Shown in pieces: positions 36,697-51,012 of a stretch of 64,000 nucleotides of DNA (within the stretch, counting starts at the first letter, position 1; each line of letters begins with the position of its first letter). Under the pieces are notes generated by a model. The model was not told the origin of the DNA and did no database searches. It saw only the letters and a program-made list of their open reading frames with translations. The position numbers and the translations under genes were made by a program. This stretch comes from Octopus sinensis. Lineage: Eukaryota. Location of the stretch: NCBI RefSeq assembly GCF_006345805.1, contig NC_042997.1, forward strand, positions 63,612,001 through 63,676,000. The letters are read 5' to 3'.

Positions 36697-38009
36697 TTCC
36701 TTTGTTTATTAGTTTCTTTCGTTTGTTTGTTCGTTGTTTCTTTGCCACGCACCTCCGATAGGATTATCTCTTTTGTTCTCTTCTGTTTCCATTTCCTCGC
36801 TAGACGTTTCTATTTTCTCTGTCCTAGTCAAGCGTATTGAAATCAAAAGTAAAGTTGCCAGGTCAAAATGGAAGCAGAAAGAAATGGCAAAAACGGGGAC
36901 GTAAGATGGTGAAGTAAAAACGGTTATGGGATGGGAGTAGACAAGGGCAGAAAGAGAATGTAAAGAAAAAAGAGGAGCAGGAAGAAAGTTGTTGTTTCTG
37001 TGCAAAACATATTTTCTGTTATGTATTGAATACGCTCTAATTTTAAATACTGATTCTGTTTCTGTCTAAAATTTTGTAGGAGACACTTGCGTATTTTATT
37101 TCTATTTTGGAAAATAAAGTTACTTCTTTCGTCGTCAAATACTCCAAACATTTCTCGCATCATTTTCTGATTGTGATTTGTCGTGGAGCATACAGTATTT
37201 ACATTCACATACTGGCGTGTATATCAAATATCATATTCGTATATTATTCGAGTGTAAGATGTGCAGGCTTTATCACTGGAACTATTTTAGATTTTATCGA
37301 TGAAATTTGAAAATTTAATCGCTACAATTTCTGTCATCAATCACCAGGAATATTTGCTTATGACGTGTATATTTCCTCTTCGTGTTTACATTAATATTAT
37401 TTTACGGTGGATGTAATCGTTCCATCATTAATCATCTAATTTTGTGGAGAATTCTATAGTTAAAAATGATGATTTATAAATCTAAGAAACGACTTTAATT
37501 CTGATGATAATGTCAAAACAAGTTTGGGTGTTAAAGTTTACGCAAGTAACATTCATCAATAAACATTATTTTGGTAGTTACTCATGGCAACAGCAACTCG
37601 TAGTGAGATAATAATTTTGTGAAAGCATTAAGACAATGATGTTGGGTTTATGTAGTGTGTGTATGTACTTTTGTTTTTTTGAGTTTATGTGTGTGCGAGT
37701 GTGTGTGTGGGTGGGTGTGTACGTCTGTGTGCGTGCGTGCATGTGCGTATTACCACTTGCTTTTGTCAAATTATATACAAAGGAGAATTTAACTTTAAAG
37801 TGAAGGATTATTCAATACCTTTTATAGAGTACATGCTTATTTGGCTTTACAAACAGAACTTTCACAAAGATCTCCAGCATTCGACTGGCTTGTCAACTAC
37901 GACAGTGTGCTGAAGCTACGGAGATGATCAAATTTAAAAACTGAAGTCACTGTCAAGTTCTCCCTCCTAAAATTATATACATACATACATATGTACATAT
38001 ATACTTACA

Positions 38010-38055
<46 letters not shown>

Positions 38056-38079
38056 TGTAAGTATGTAACTGATAATTAT

Positions 38080-38335
38080 TTCATCGTCACTGAAAGAGAA
38101 AATGGAAGTTGAACTTAAGACATAAAGACGGAGGAAATGCTGAAAACCATATTTTATTCGACGTGCTATAGATTCTGCCAACGTGACGCATTTACATTAA
38201 TTATAACATTGGTTTCAAATTTTAGTATAATGCCAGCTACTTCAAGGGCCGTGCTAAGTAGACTACCTATTTTATGAAGCCCGAAGAGATGAAAGGCAAA
38301 GTTAACTTCGGTGTAATTTGAACTCAGATGTGAAA
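38080..38335 (-). mobile_element. Diverged SINE fragments (third family)
   Basis: CATTGGTTTCAAATTTTAG..CCCGAAGAGATGAAAGGCAAAGTTAACTTCGGTGTAATTTGAACTCAGA. Confidence 0.6.
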
Positions 38336-38338
38336 TGG

Positions 38339-38339
<1 letters not shown>

Positions 38340-38379
<40 letters not shown>

Positions 38380-38578
38380 GTGCCAAAGCCACTTTTAAGA
38401 AAGGGAAATTGGTAAAGTCAAGTTCAATGGAATTAGATGTCGAAACAGTAATAAAGGAACTTGAGCAGGAACAAACCTATAAATACCTAGGAATAAACGA
38501 AGTCTCTGGTATCCAGCATGCAAGAATTGAAAGAAGAGGCTAATAAAAATAATAATAATAATAATGATAATAATAATA

Positions 38579-38626
<48 letters not shown>

Positions 38627-39069
38627 AGAAGAAGAAGAAGAAGAAGAAGAAGAAGAAGAAGAAGAAGAAGAAGAAGAAGAAGAAGAAGAAAAATTGATTG
38701 TAGATAATGAAAAGCGAAATTGCTTAATTATTGACCCATCGTGCCCGCTTGATTCCATGAACGTAATGTAAGAAGAACAAATACAAAACAAAGAAAATAC
38801 AATCCCTTGAAGTTTGAAATAGGAAGAATTTGGAGCGTGCCAAAAATAACGGTCGTGTCTTTAACGATTAGGCCGTAGGAACAGTAACGCAAGGTGTAGA
38901 CAAATACCTGAAAACATTCAAATAGAATGCTTGTAGGTCTCCTACAGAAAGTTTGTCTCTTAGGGACAGCAGGAATTATGAAGGAAGTCTGCTGAATACT
39001 TGCGGATACACAACATTATCCACATACTTCCTACCGGGAATAAGGCTGAACCTGAACCAAACCAAATTG

Positions 39070-39131
<62 letters not shown>

Positions 39132-39186
39132 AATACTAATACTACTACTAATATTAGCACTAATACTACTACTTCTACTACTAATA

Positions 39187-39217
<31 letters not shown>

Positions 39218-39218
39218 C

Positions 39219-39249
<31 letters not shown>

Positions 39250-39320
39250 ATGATAATGATAATTATAATAATAATAACATGATGATGATGATGATGATGA
39301 TGAAGAAGAAGAACAATTAG
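38340..39320. repeat. Compound trinucleotide microsatellites (AAT, GAA, ACT, GAT, ATG)
   Basis: Runs read directly at 38342-78, 38542-38690 and 39070-39310. Confidence 0.95.
38379..39070 (+). mobile_element. Two fragments of an R4/Dong-type RLE LINE embedded in (TAA)n
   Basis: 38379-38541: CAKATFKKGKLV..EQTYKYLGINE (RT thumb). 38691-39070: CLIIDPSCPLD..KY..LKFEIGRIW..LLQKVCLLGTAGIMKEV (RLE), 3' UTR and (TAA)n tail. Confidence 0.8.
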
Positions 39321-41157
39321 AAGAGTGCGATATGATTTGTATGAAACGGAGATGAACAATAACTTGACATTATGTTTATTCTCCTTGTGCTGAATAGGAA
39401 AAATGAAATTAAATACAGAAATAAAGAAATTCAATATATGAACAGAAGTCTATCCTGCGTTGCGTTTTCGACAAAACGGCTTTATCAATTTTTGCTTTAT
39501 CGTAGCATGAAAATGGGAAATGAAGAAAGAAGAAAGCAGGGTAGGCAAGATAACACTTGGTCAAAAAGTTTTGTGTAAATATGACGGATGTCTCCTCTCA
39601 TATTACAGTGAGTTTATTGAGATTAGAGACCGTAGGTAATAGTACCCTTTAATATTAATTGCATATAAATGTTTGTTTAAAACGAGGATGTTTTTTCTGA
39701 AATATTCTGGTAAATTTCATGCAGTACTTTTATAATACATTCAACATTTCGGTGCTATTTCTCAACTAAATGTTGCTTCGTGACGATTTGCAACTCTGCT
39801 TTTCGAGGTTGTCTATCTTCATAGAACAATTGTACAAACTTTGCTTCAACAAAATACTACCGGTACCTCTTTCTGCATTAACAATAAATACCTAGCCGGG
39901 TTTTTCTGAATCTTTAGTAGTCATGATACCAACCTATCAAAACACTTTTTTAACCACATATCATTCGATGCCAACATAGCTCTCACTTTATGCGCGTAAT
40001 GTAGCGCTGAGACGATAAGATTTAAAGCTCCAGTTGCCACAAATTTCCTTTATTGTCATACTCGCATTATGCTGCTAGTGTAGTTGCGCGCTAATGTTAA
40101 CTTATTTTTTAATCTCCTTAATATTAAAAATCGAACACATGAATGTACACTTGGAGCCTAGTGTTGTTCAAGACTTAAAGTTACAGTTCCCGTCAACTAT
40201 ATGAAATTACTTTCCAACTTTCCACGAATCAGAGATATTCATATCATTTTAATCATAATCTTTCGTTAGAGAAAACCTCAAATAAAGAGACTTTCGTTTC
40301 TCTGTAACTGGATTGCCTTGAAATATCCTTGCTCTTTCGATATTTATATAAACACTCAAACAAATTATTGGAAACTTTCTATTTTGAAATAAGTAGGATG
40401 CCATGAAATTGCAACCCATGTTTTTGTTACTACATCTCTTGCAGAGAACCCCATACTCTACAGGAAAGAGTCAAAAGCAAAGAAAAATTAGCAAAAGTTA
40501 AAATGATGACCAGAAAAAGGACAGTGACTGAAACAAATAACAAATATGATATTTTTCAACTTTATTCTCACCAATATCAATTTGTTCTTTGATGATTGTA
40601 ATGCATCACTACATATCAACTTCGAAGTAACTCATTTTCATTGTAAAATGAATGAAAAGACCACAGTAAAATCATAAACATGATAAAATCTTTATTTGTT
40701 TTCTGTTTCACTGCTGGCTTCAGACGCAGTACTTTTCTATAATTTGATATATGCAGACAATTTCCTGAAGACAAATATGTACATAAATAAAATTGAGCAT
40801 GCGTCGATAGGATGACATGTTTGTTATTACTTTGTATATTAGTTTGTATAGTATTTTTATATAAAAATCACAAGTAACGGAAATGGCTATAGTTGAAAGC
40901 AAATGCCTCAAAATATTATCACAAATGTAAATACGAACCGCCTGTGTATTGACTTTTTATATTGTATATGTGTGATTATGATAAATGTGTGTTTCTAATA
41001 AAACTCAGCGTTCAAGTGTCATGAGACTTCATTGCCTTTGATATACATACGTTATATATGTATATACATACATACAGATAGATAGTGACACACGCACACG
41101 TATTTATCCATACATAGATACATGTATGCATACATATATTCATACGTACATACATGG

Positions 41158-41270
<113 letters not shown>

Positions 41271-41894
41271 GTTCAGTCATGATGGCGATTTATAACATGA
41301 TAACAATGTAATGAAGAATACATGTTCTGCTTTGCAGTAAAATTTTTCTTTTCCGTAGCTAGATTTAATCTTTGACCAACACTCTAAATCTGAGCCCAGA
41401 GATTCTGACGAATATCTTTCAGGTCAGTAATTAGTTACTGGTTACGAGTGAGTTCTAACTTCTTTTCATTCATATGCTGTTTATGCATCTAAGGTATAAA
41501 TTTAATGTTTGAATTCAGTCAAAATTTAATAATTAGCAGTAATATTTCATATCTGCTGTGTTGGATGAATTTCAGTCTGAAAGTACCATAATAATATTTT
41601 GTTTTTCATGTACGACATGCTTCATGTTCACAAAATCCTTTGACAATGTAACTGTATTAAATAGTAACAGTGTACAAATAATATAATAATTATTACCCCG
41701 CTACTAGTTCTAGCTGGTGACGGCAAGGACCTAGCATGCAAGGTCACACCAGGTAAAAAGAAAGAACAAGAAAACAGGTAACCTGACTACAAAAAGTGTG
41801 AATATGAAGCAGGAGCACAAACTCTATTGAATACAAGAATATTGTGGTCATGCTGGGGTGCCGCCTTGAATTTTCAGTTGAAATTTCAGTACTT

Positions 41895-42009
41895 ATTTTT
41901 TGAAGCCTGTTACTCATTCTATCGGTTAATTTTGCGAACCGTTAAGTTACGGGGAAATAAATGCACCAACACCGGTTGTCAAGCGGTAACAGAGGGACAA
42001 ACACGGACA

Positions 42010-42061
<52 letters not shown>

Positions 42062-42190
42062 CGATGGGCTTCTTTCAGGTCCCGTCTACCAGGCTTTGGT
42101 CGGCCTAAAGCCATAGTAGAAGACACTTGCCCAAGGTGTCACGCAATAGGACTGAACCAAGAACGATGTGGTTGGGAAGCAAGCTTCTTT
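41895..42190 (-). mobile_element. OK-like SINE
   Basis: CGAACCGTTAAGTTACGGGG..CCGGTTGTCAAGCG..GGGCTTCTTTCAGGTCCCGTCTACC..GGACTGAACC. Confidence 0.85.
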
Positions 42191-42429
42191 ATGTCATTAT
42201 ATTGGCCACAAAGGCCTTACATAGAGATAGGAAGCTGCGGGCTGGACACAGACATAATATTATATGAAATGAAAAATTAAAATGATTAATGGGGGAAAAG
42301 TGACTCCCGCCGATCGTTTTTTCCCGAGAACATTGATCTCTTATATTATTCATGACGCAAGAAACTTCTTACATTCTTCACAATTAAATAACAAAATCAG
42401 GCATAAGACTCTTACCTTTTTCCCATACT

Positions 42430-43900
42430 AGGAACTTTCAATAGCACTGAGGCTTTTCAACATCTTATCCATATTCCTCCCCTTCATTGCTTGTGACCCC
42501 ATCCTCCGCCATCATCCACGCCTCATTCAAGCACAAGGCGGGTGCCGTATCGGCGTCACCCGGCCTCAAGCGATATCCTTGGTTGAGTACTTGCAGTGAA
42601 CGCAACACGGGCAACGTTATGACCTAGACAGCTATCTGCGGAGGCCATTCGAGATCCCGTGTGCAGGCTAAAGGTACTCCCTTAGGGTGCTTTTCCAACA
42701 CCTTCTCCAACTCTCCGCCACTGTAGAAGAAGACCAATAATTCTTCTTCCTCTGAGGGCGAGGCAGTCACTTCTACTGTCGGCGGCACAATTCCCACCGA
42801 CAGTATCCCTTTTCCTGCCAGTGGCACAACCCCCACCGAAGATGTTCCGGAATTCTCCTACTATATCACCGACTGCCAGCAATGTCCCGTTTCGCTGCCT
42901 CTCTCTCTTTTTTCTTCTCACCTGAGGGAGGGTGCGTCTCCTCCGTGACCGGGAGATTCGCCTCCCCTCCTTCATCCCTAGGATCCTTCCGTGAGCACTC
43001 ATTGTAGCTTACCTTCCTCTTACAGCCCTTCTTTGAGGAGTCCTCCACCTCTTCGGCCGCCTTCGTCCCCTCTTCTACAGAGGTCACAAACAACTGCTCC
43101 ACGACCTTACTTTGTTCCTAGGGACAGTTTTTTCTTTATATGGCCAGGCTCCAGGCACCGATACCACTTGAAGGGGGCACCCTGAATAATCACCGGGTAC
43201 CTGCAACCTGCCGTTTTCAAAATATCTGGTAAAACCATAATGGATGATTGGGTTCACAGGGTCAGAACAGCTTATGACCCAACCGAATCAGCCGCAGAAA
43301 AAACTTAAGGTGCTTAGCTCCACTTCCCCCCAGACGACGGAGGATAGTCTCCTCTATCCACTCGGGTTTTTTCCCGGGTGGCAACCCGCAGACCCAAGCT
43401 CTTGTCAACCTCTTCCCACAACACGTGGGAAGAAACAAAATTTCTTTCCCCTCTAAAAGCCTAACTCGCAAATTTGCTAGTCTCTTCATGTGTGTCAAAT
43501 AGCAACACACCGTTGCGTATTTGACCTCGCTGGACATGAATTTAATAGTTGGCAGATACTCTGCCAACTCCTTTTCAACTACAGTCTTTTCAATTTCAAT
43601 TTCCCACTCCAAAACATTGTCTTTTTCATTGCCATGTTTTTTTCTTGTGATAATAGTTCGAAAATAGCTCAAAATATAACTTAAAAAGAAAGAAATCAAA
43701 AGAAAGTCACAATAAAATGGAAGGAAGAAAAAGAAAACAATTCACAAAAGAAGAAAGTCAAAAAAGTTTAGAAGAAAGTAAGTCAATAGTTCAAAAACAC
43801 AGCAACAAAAATCTTCTGTCTACTCGCTACTCCCGGCCAAGGTCGAACCCAGAATGCTACAACTGAAACACAGTTTCCACAAAGACTGGTTTACAAGTCG
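42430..43900 (-). mobile_element. Degenerate L1/Tx1-type LINE 5' UTR + ORF1 (gag-like)
   Basis: FLPTCCGKRLTRAWVCGLPPGKKPEWIEE; broken CCHC knuckle (W)YRCLEPGHIKK/NCP at 43121-67 with a one-base slip; GC-rich, charged low-complexity C-terminus. Confidence 0.65.
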
Positions 43901-44315
43901 TTCAGTCTTCGGAGGCAGAGACACTCCCCCAAAACAGCAATTCTCACAATTATTTTTAAAATTCACAAAAAAGTGAAGAAATTTTTAGGAGGGGCGATAC
44001 GCCCCAAACAATAATTCTCACAATTAAGTGAGAAAAAACATTTACTTAACATGAACCACTTTTGCTCAACCGCAGACATACCAGTCTTTAGAATCAAGCG
44101 AGGACCTCTTGTTTGTACAAAAATAATTACCGCAAACAACAAACCCCACTGGACTCCCAAAACACAAGCCATACCTTAAAGTTGAGGTTTTTTCACCAGC
44201 TGTACATAGGTTGGCCACATCTTTCGGTGATACGCACAACGCTGACAAACAACGCATGCGTACACTGACAACGACATATGCGCAGAAGCAACTTCGTACT
44301 ACACAGCCACTCTTG

Positions 44316-44387
<72 letters not shown>

Positions 44388-44408
44388 CTTGTATGCATTT
44401 CTATATAT

Positions 44409-44450
<42 letters not shown>

Positions 44451-46309
44451 CATGTGAAATTATTAATACAAATACATACACACTCACATAGATTTATATA
44501 TATATACATACAATATAGGTGTGTGCTTTTTCTAATAAGAATACTGATATAAGTAAGCCTTTTTGATAACGTAAGGTTACTTGAAGAATATCTACATGAA
44601 TTAACAACCAAAAATACTGATCGGTATCTTTTTCCCCTGAAACTGCTTCAAATACTGAGAAAATAACTGATAAGTTCCTATTGAAGATCAAAACAAATTT
44701 GGAGAGTACGTTGAAAGAATTTTTTATTGAGAATTTAGCTCAATTATGAAAATGTATGCTGCCTTAATTGTATTATATATCCATTGAAATTTCTAAATAT
44801 TATAGAATGTTTAATTCATATAATTCTAGAGTACCTGTGTGAATTTGTTCATTGTCACTGCATACTAGAACTGTTGAATCCAATTATGCCCTACCCATTG
44901 ATGTTGGTCTTTAAATAGAATTTAATATTCCGATAGATGCTGCATGAAGTGTTACATTAAGATGAAACGTTTTAATTTGAATTCCTCTACTTGTAGAGAA
45001 ATCGCAGGCAGTGTTATAAAATAAAATCTTATGTATTTAAATATTTAATTTTCCTTTCAATTCATGTTACCCTATAATCATTTCCAATATACATTACTAT
45101 ACTAGATAGTAAATGTACATAATACCTTTTCTTAATTCCTTCCAACAGTAAATTACATTAATCAGGGATAATGTTGCAATTTTGTCAGATAGCATATACT
45201 ACTGAGTGCTCTCTTCATTTAAGAAGTTACAGTTCTATTGTTAATATTTGTCTTCTGAAAGGCCACAATGGAAGCAATTTATAACCGTTTTCAAATAGGA
45301 AATGTGATGTTTGTTTATGGCTGGAAAAAAATAGATATATGTAAGTGGGTTGTTTTCTGCTCCTTCGGTTAAGTGTATGCTTATGATATTAATGAGTAAC
45401 TGAAGACTAAATGTGACTTCAGTGGTGCTTCGACATTTTGTGCAACGGATCTCGCCATGTATTATATAAACTCGCAATTTTGCCCTTCTACGACTGAGGC
45501 ATAAGATGAGGGAGGGAAGTCATAACAGCAGTATGTATTGAGAAATGTGTCAATGGACTTGATAGATTACTGGATGAAGTCTTAGAGAAATCACATTATT
45601 GTTGGTGATACAGTATTCTATTGCAACTATATGACATGTGTTTGCGACTAATTGACATGTGATGATTCACTCCTGAAATAAAATAAGCTCCCAGGCTCTG
45701 TATCATGAATGGTTATGTGAACCACTCCTAAAGGCCAAAGCTTCCTTCGACCACTGCATAAAAAAATGTTATTTAAATATACTTGTAGTTTAGTTGTTTA
45801 CACTATTTTGCGCTTGTTTATACTCTTATACATTCAAAGCTCATAAATTTCCTTATTTAAATTATGAATCGTACTCCTTTCGATAAAAACTTCTCTGTGG
45901 ACGATATTTTCGGTTTGGCTGACACTAATTTTTAAATTACTGGAGTCCGTTGCTCTACTCATAGTGACCTATAACTGGCTCTATGCCTTGTTTGATGTGA
46001 ATTTGTGAGCGGAAACTTTAAGTTTGCCAAAAATCCATTAAAACATACCTCACACTGTTCGGTGTGAATAATGTCTGGATGTTCTGGTACCGTGGGTTAT
46101 TTGACAAAACTGAGACGGAAAAAACAGCTGCCTCCATTAGCCGTTTCGAATCCATCTCGAACATGACACGCTTCAATAACCATAAAATAATCGCACACAC
46201 TATATACTGACACACTTTTCCAACTTTATTTTCACTGTTAAGTCTTGCAACCTTCCTCGTATCAACGATGGGGCCACGAAAAATACGAAATATACGAATC
46301 CCGAGTTAC

Positions 46310-46875
46310 TCATGGTCGGTGAATTTTTAATAAAATGCGAATCTTCTTTCTCAATTCAAAAAGCTATATCCGTGAAATAATAATTTCTGATTTTTTAATG
46401 CTAAAAATCTTCCTTACTACAGCCTTTGTAATTTCGAAAAATATCGTAACCATTGGTCCAGCTGTCTGGCTGTGAAGAGGGAACGGTCAAAGAGACGGAC
46501 AGATGGACAGATAAGCGGACATAACGCCCATTATAGTAAGATAGCAAATCTGCCTAACTACAATGGGAAATAAAGGGACAATATCGCAAATCTAAATCGT
46601 CTAAATTCCCGAACTATACGGGGTGAAATCTAAAGTTAATCCTCGTCGCCGTAATTTTAACAAATAAAAAAATTCCAAAGGTGAATTATTAATATAGAAC
46701 TCAATACCCATTAAATAATCATATTTCTTCACTTTTTGTTTTGCTAAAAACCTTCCTGATTATCTCCTTTGTAATCCCGAAAAACATCTTGACCACTGGT
46801 CCAGCCGATGGCTGCGAAGAGGAAACAGGCAGACAGTTGACAGACATACGGACATAATACCCGTTATAGTAAGAT
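46310..46875 (+). mobile_element. Two diverged tandem copies of a short Helitron-like non-autonomous element end
   Basis: Both read ..AAAA.CTTCC..TTTGTAAT..GAAAAA..GGTCCAGC..GGCTG.GAAGAG..(GACA)n..TTATAGTAAGAT (ends 46542 and 46875). The GACA microsatellite plus TAGTAAGAT end resembles invertebrate Helitron derivatives. Confidence 0.45.
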
Positions 46876-47399
46876 TATATATTAAATAGGAACGAAGCTG
46901 TGACATAGTAAAATGGGAAATTTATCGACTCCGGAGCACTGTATGTTTTCGTTCTCAATACTTGAATATGCTCATGAAATACGGGGCAGAAACAAACGTA
47001 AAAAGCTACCTTCTAATTACTTCATCGCATCGTTCTACCAAACGAGTATCCATAATTCCGACAAAGAGCAGACAAATTGTTTCTGACACATTATCTCTAA
47101 ACAGTTAATTACTACGAGTGCTCTTCGAATGAAAGTTAAAAAAGGAGAACTGTATAACATATAGATTATATCATGTTGTTGCTTAAATTTTGGATAAGAA
47201 AACTTTGAATAATAAGATCTTAAAGACACTCAAGTAATACTGCGTGTATTTGAAAGCCTTGAAAAATATGTCTTATGGTGTACGTTGAGAGATGTTGTTC
47301 CTTAAATATAAATTACTCTGAAATTAGTCTAAAATTTACATTAGTCATTTTTCATTTCTATAGACTCATTTATCGTTGTTGTATATTTGCGTGAGTCTG

Positions 47400-47594
47400 T
47401 GTTTGTCCCCCACGTTACCACTTGACAACCGGTGTCGGTGTGTTTACTTCCCCGTAACTTAGCGGTTCGGCAAAAGAGACTAGTAGAATAAGTACTAGGC
47501 TTACAAAAGGCGTGGTGTCGATTTGTTCTACTAAAGGCGGTTCTGCAGCATGGTCGCAGACAAATGAGTGAAACAAGTAAAAGAATAAAAGAAT
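47400..47594 (+). mobile_element. OK-like SINE, 3' half
   Basis: TTGACAACCGGTGTCGGTGTGTTTAC..AAGGCGGTTCTGCAGCATGGTCGCAGACAAATGAGTGAAACAAGTAAAAGAATAAAAGAATA. Confidence 0.85.
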
Positions 47595-47639
47595 ACTTCT
47601 TACTTTATTCTGCTTCAAATTGTTACAAGTAGTGTCAAA

Positions 47640-47689
<50 letters not shown>

Positions 47690-50604
47690 AAGTTATGGAT
47701 GTACTATGTTGTTGCTACTTTTATCATTCTGTTGATAGAGATCCTGGCACTCATGAAATGAGGTATGATGACAATCTTCCTATGCGACTAGTTATGATTT
47801 GGAGTTTTCCATGAACCAAAGTAGATGGAACGATCTTCATAAAATATAATTTTAACTTTAAAGATGTTCCCACGTTAAGTTGTTATACTATAATAGTTAT
47901 ACTATAAAATGCATAACAGTTCATAGTATCAGAAAACAGAACGTTTTAACAACTGAAAAATTTCAGGCACGTATTATTTAACAGATTATCCTAATGGCAA
48001 ATATATCTCCTTTCGCCAAAGCAATCAATAGTCTCAGTTATTACTTCTTTTTATTGATTTATCTCTTCGTGGACCATTCAAATTAAATACACATCTGCAA
48101 TTAAAAGAGATAACGATAACCAGTATCTATATTTGCATTAAATATTTTCATTATTGTGGCATCGCTTTGAAACTAGGTTTTTTTCCCTCTTTTGTTGGAA
48201 CTCAACAGTTTCAGCTTCATATAATGTTTTTTTAAGCAAGACAAAAGCATCCGCCATGTATAATTCGTTAACTTAGCAGTCAATTTCCTTTTATATTTTG
48301 ATACACTGGCAATATTAATGGCTAGAACGGGCTTCTTTATATGAAGCCCAACGCAAGATTTACCTAATATATTATCATTCGTCTACCAAATACTATCCAC
48401 GCAATTTCCTGCCCAGTATATAAAATCCCAATTAAATTAACAGAATGCCTTCTGTCTAGAATGTGTTAGTTTTAGACGTACTTATGAAAACCTATAGATT
48501 CAAACTCTTCAATAAGAGATTCTAATATTTACTTCACAACACATTTGATTGAACACACCACGTTAGCAAATAAGAAAATGAAAGCGAAAATTACCATGTT
48601 TTCATTATTTATTCTTGATGCGTCCACGTCTAGGCCTTGTAGCAGATCCTATTGCTGCTGTTTGCTTTTGGCATTTCTATTTCATTTGTCGATAATGTTA
48701 TTACCTAAGGTGCTACCATTGCTTGAAACAGCGGTGTGATATCGATGTTATTCGTTATAGAGAAGGTTTCTATTCACTGTTGGAAGATGATTTTAAAATA
48801 TTGTTTCCTATATTTAAATAACATTTTATATAGATGTAGCAGCATGATTAGTTTGATCTGATATTTAAAGGTGATTAATGAGGATCTAGAGTCATTTTTA
48901 TCCAATATTTTATCATCGCCATTAACTACGTTGAAATATTCAGTATTTGGTGAAGAATGTCATAAAATAAGAAGTAAGCTATTTTATAATATTATCCATC
49001 AATACCCGATGAGATTCCAGTCGAAGAAAATTTATGTATTACATAACGACTTTCCCTTTGGGAAAGCGTACACATTTCACAATGTTCATCTCGCAAATGT
49101 GAAAAGGAGAATTGATGGATAAGCTACGTAAAACACCTCTCTTTCTCCCTCTCTCCCATCTGTCACTCTCATTCTCTCTCCCTCTCTCCCATCTGTCGCT
49201 CTCAATCTCTCTCTCCCTCTCTGGACAGAAACCATAAGAGCTGCTTTCGATTCGCATGAAATTCAAGAATTCATTTTACTCTATTAAACAGTCTTCAGAC
49301 TACTCACCTCTCCACGTTTTCTCCATAACCCATATATGTTTCTGATCTTATGAAACAGTCTCTTCTTGGCAAGAGAGAACATTTTTTTCTTTCTGTGCAC
49401 TGACAAATTACGGCTACATAATATTTGATGGCTAGCCAGTCGTGATCAGTCATCGAAAAGAGAGCATGCCATATTTTTATTGTATGTTTTTATCCAGCAT
49501 AGTCTGACGACCGGACAATATTGCGCAACCTACATATTTAATGTACCGTGCCCCTACTTAACGGAGGACAACAGTGCATATTCTGATATGTATATTATTC
49601 GGTTATTCGGAGCGCAGTATTGCAGTCTAGATATTTTGTACTCACTCTTGACCGTGCTTATTTCTCTTCACACATCGTTATTATTTAACACCAGGTAGGC
49701 ATTGATAGAATAGAATAACGATCAAACAAATTCTACAAGCGATGATCCTGTTTGTTTTACAGCCGATTTTTCTCAGACTATATTATATAAATGGCTAATC
49801 TAATTAAAAAGTATTGGCGACTGTTACTATCAGGATGAACGACTAAATAATATTTCCCTCATTTGTTTATACGCACATTTATTACGGTTTTCATCACCTT
49901 GACCAAAGTGACATCAGGTTAAAGATATCTCAATTATATTTTCTTTCTCGTCATTTATACAAATCCCAAAGTGTCATTTCATTTCTAAGAGAGAAGAAAC
50001 GGTATCCTACATAGTTTAAATGTTGTTTTAGCTATTTAAACAAACACTTAGAGTGTTCCTTATTGGCTCTAGAGAATCCGGCGATGAGTGTAAGGAAGGG
50101 GAGCAAAGTATTTTGATTAGATCAGGGCAGAAGACGAACAAAAGCCCAATTTTCCACTGCATAGTTCTTGCATTAATACGCCGAATGATACTGAACTAAG
50201 GTTTGTGTGTAAATGTCTATTTTTACTTCTGACTAGGAAGGATAGGAGTGATTTAGTTGACAGTTGCAGAAAAATCCGTGCATTACAGTGACTTTAGTTG
50301 CTGAGATATGAAATGTAAGAAATGGAGTGTAATACAATATCAACAAGTACAATTTGCAAGGTTTATGATTATAGTTATGCTTTTCCATTATGCATGCGAT
50401 CTGAAGGCGTATGTTCCTTGAAGAGAGTAAGTTCGTTATTTTGTAATCTTTGTGAGGTTCTGGCCTCAAGCATGCTCGGCCTAATTCATGAGGTAACTAA
50501 GATTTTGATTTGTGCAATGTTTTTGTTATTTTGTTCAACTGGTCAAATGTCGAAGCTGGAAAACTGTAAACATTTTGGAACGATATTTTGCAATTCTTAG
50601 TATA

Positions 50605-51012
50605 CTCTCTTTTACTCTCTTTTACTTCTTTCAGTCCTTTGATTGCGGCCATGCTGGAGCATCACCTTTAGTCGAGCAAATCAACCCCAGGACTTTTTCT
50701 TTGTAAGCCTAGTACTTATTCTATCGGTTTCTTTTGTCGAACTGCTAAGTTACGGGGATTTAAACACACCAGCATCCTTTGTCAATCGATGTTGGGGGGG
50801 GGGGACAAACGCAGACACACAAACACACACACATATACATATATACATATACACGACGGGCTTCTTTCAGTTTCCGTCTACCAAATCCACTCATGGCTTT
50901 GTTCGACCCGAAGCTATAGTAGAAGACACTTTCGCAAAGTTCCACGCAGTGGGACTGAACCGGAAACTATGTAGTTGGTAAGCAAGCTACTTATCACACA
51001 GCCACTCCTATG
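50605..51012 (-). mobile_element. Full-length OK-like SINE
   Basis: Same head, body and tail as 16830-17230. Confidence 0.9.

Noticed and set aside
47620-47814. ORF with poly-T/poly-A runs
   Set aside because: ACT-to-GCT trinucleotide repeat next to a SINE tail; no splice or codon support.
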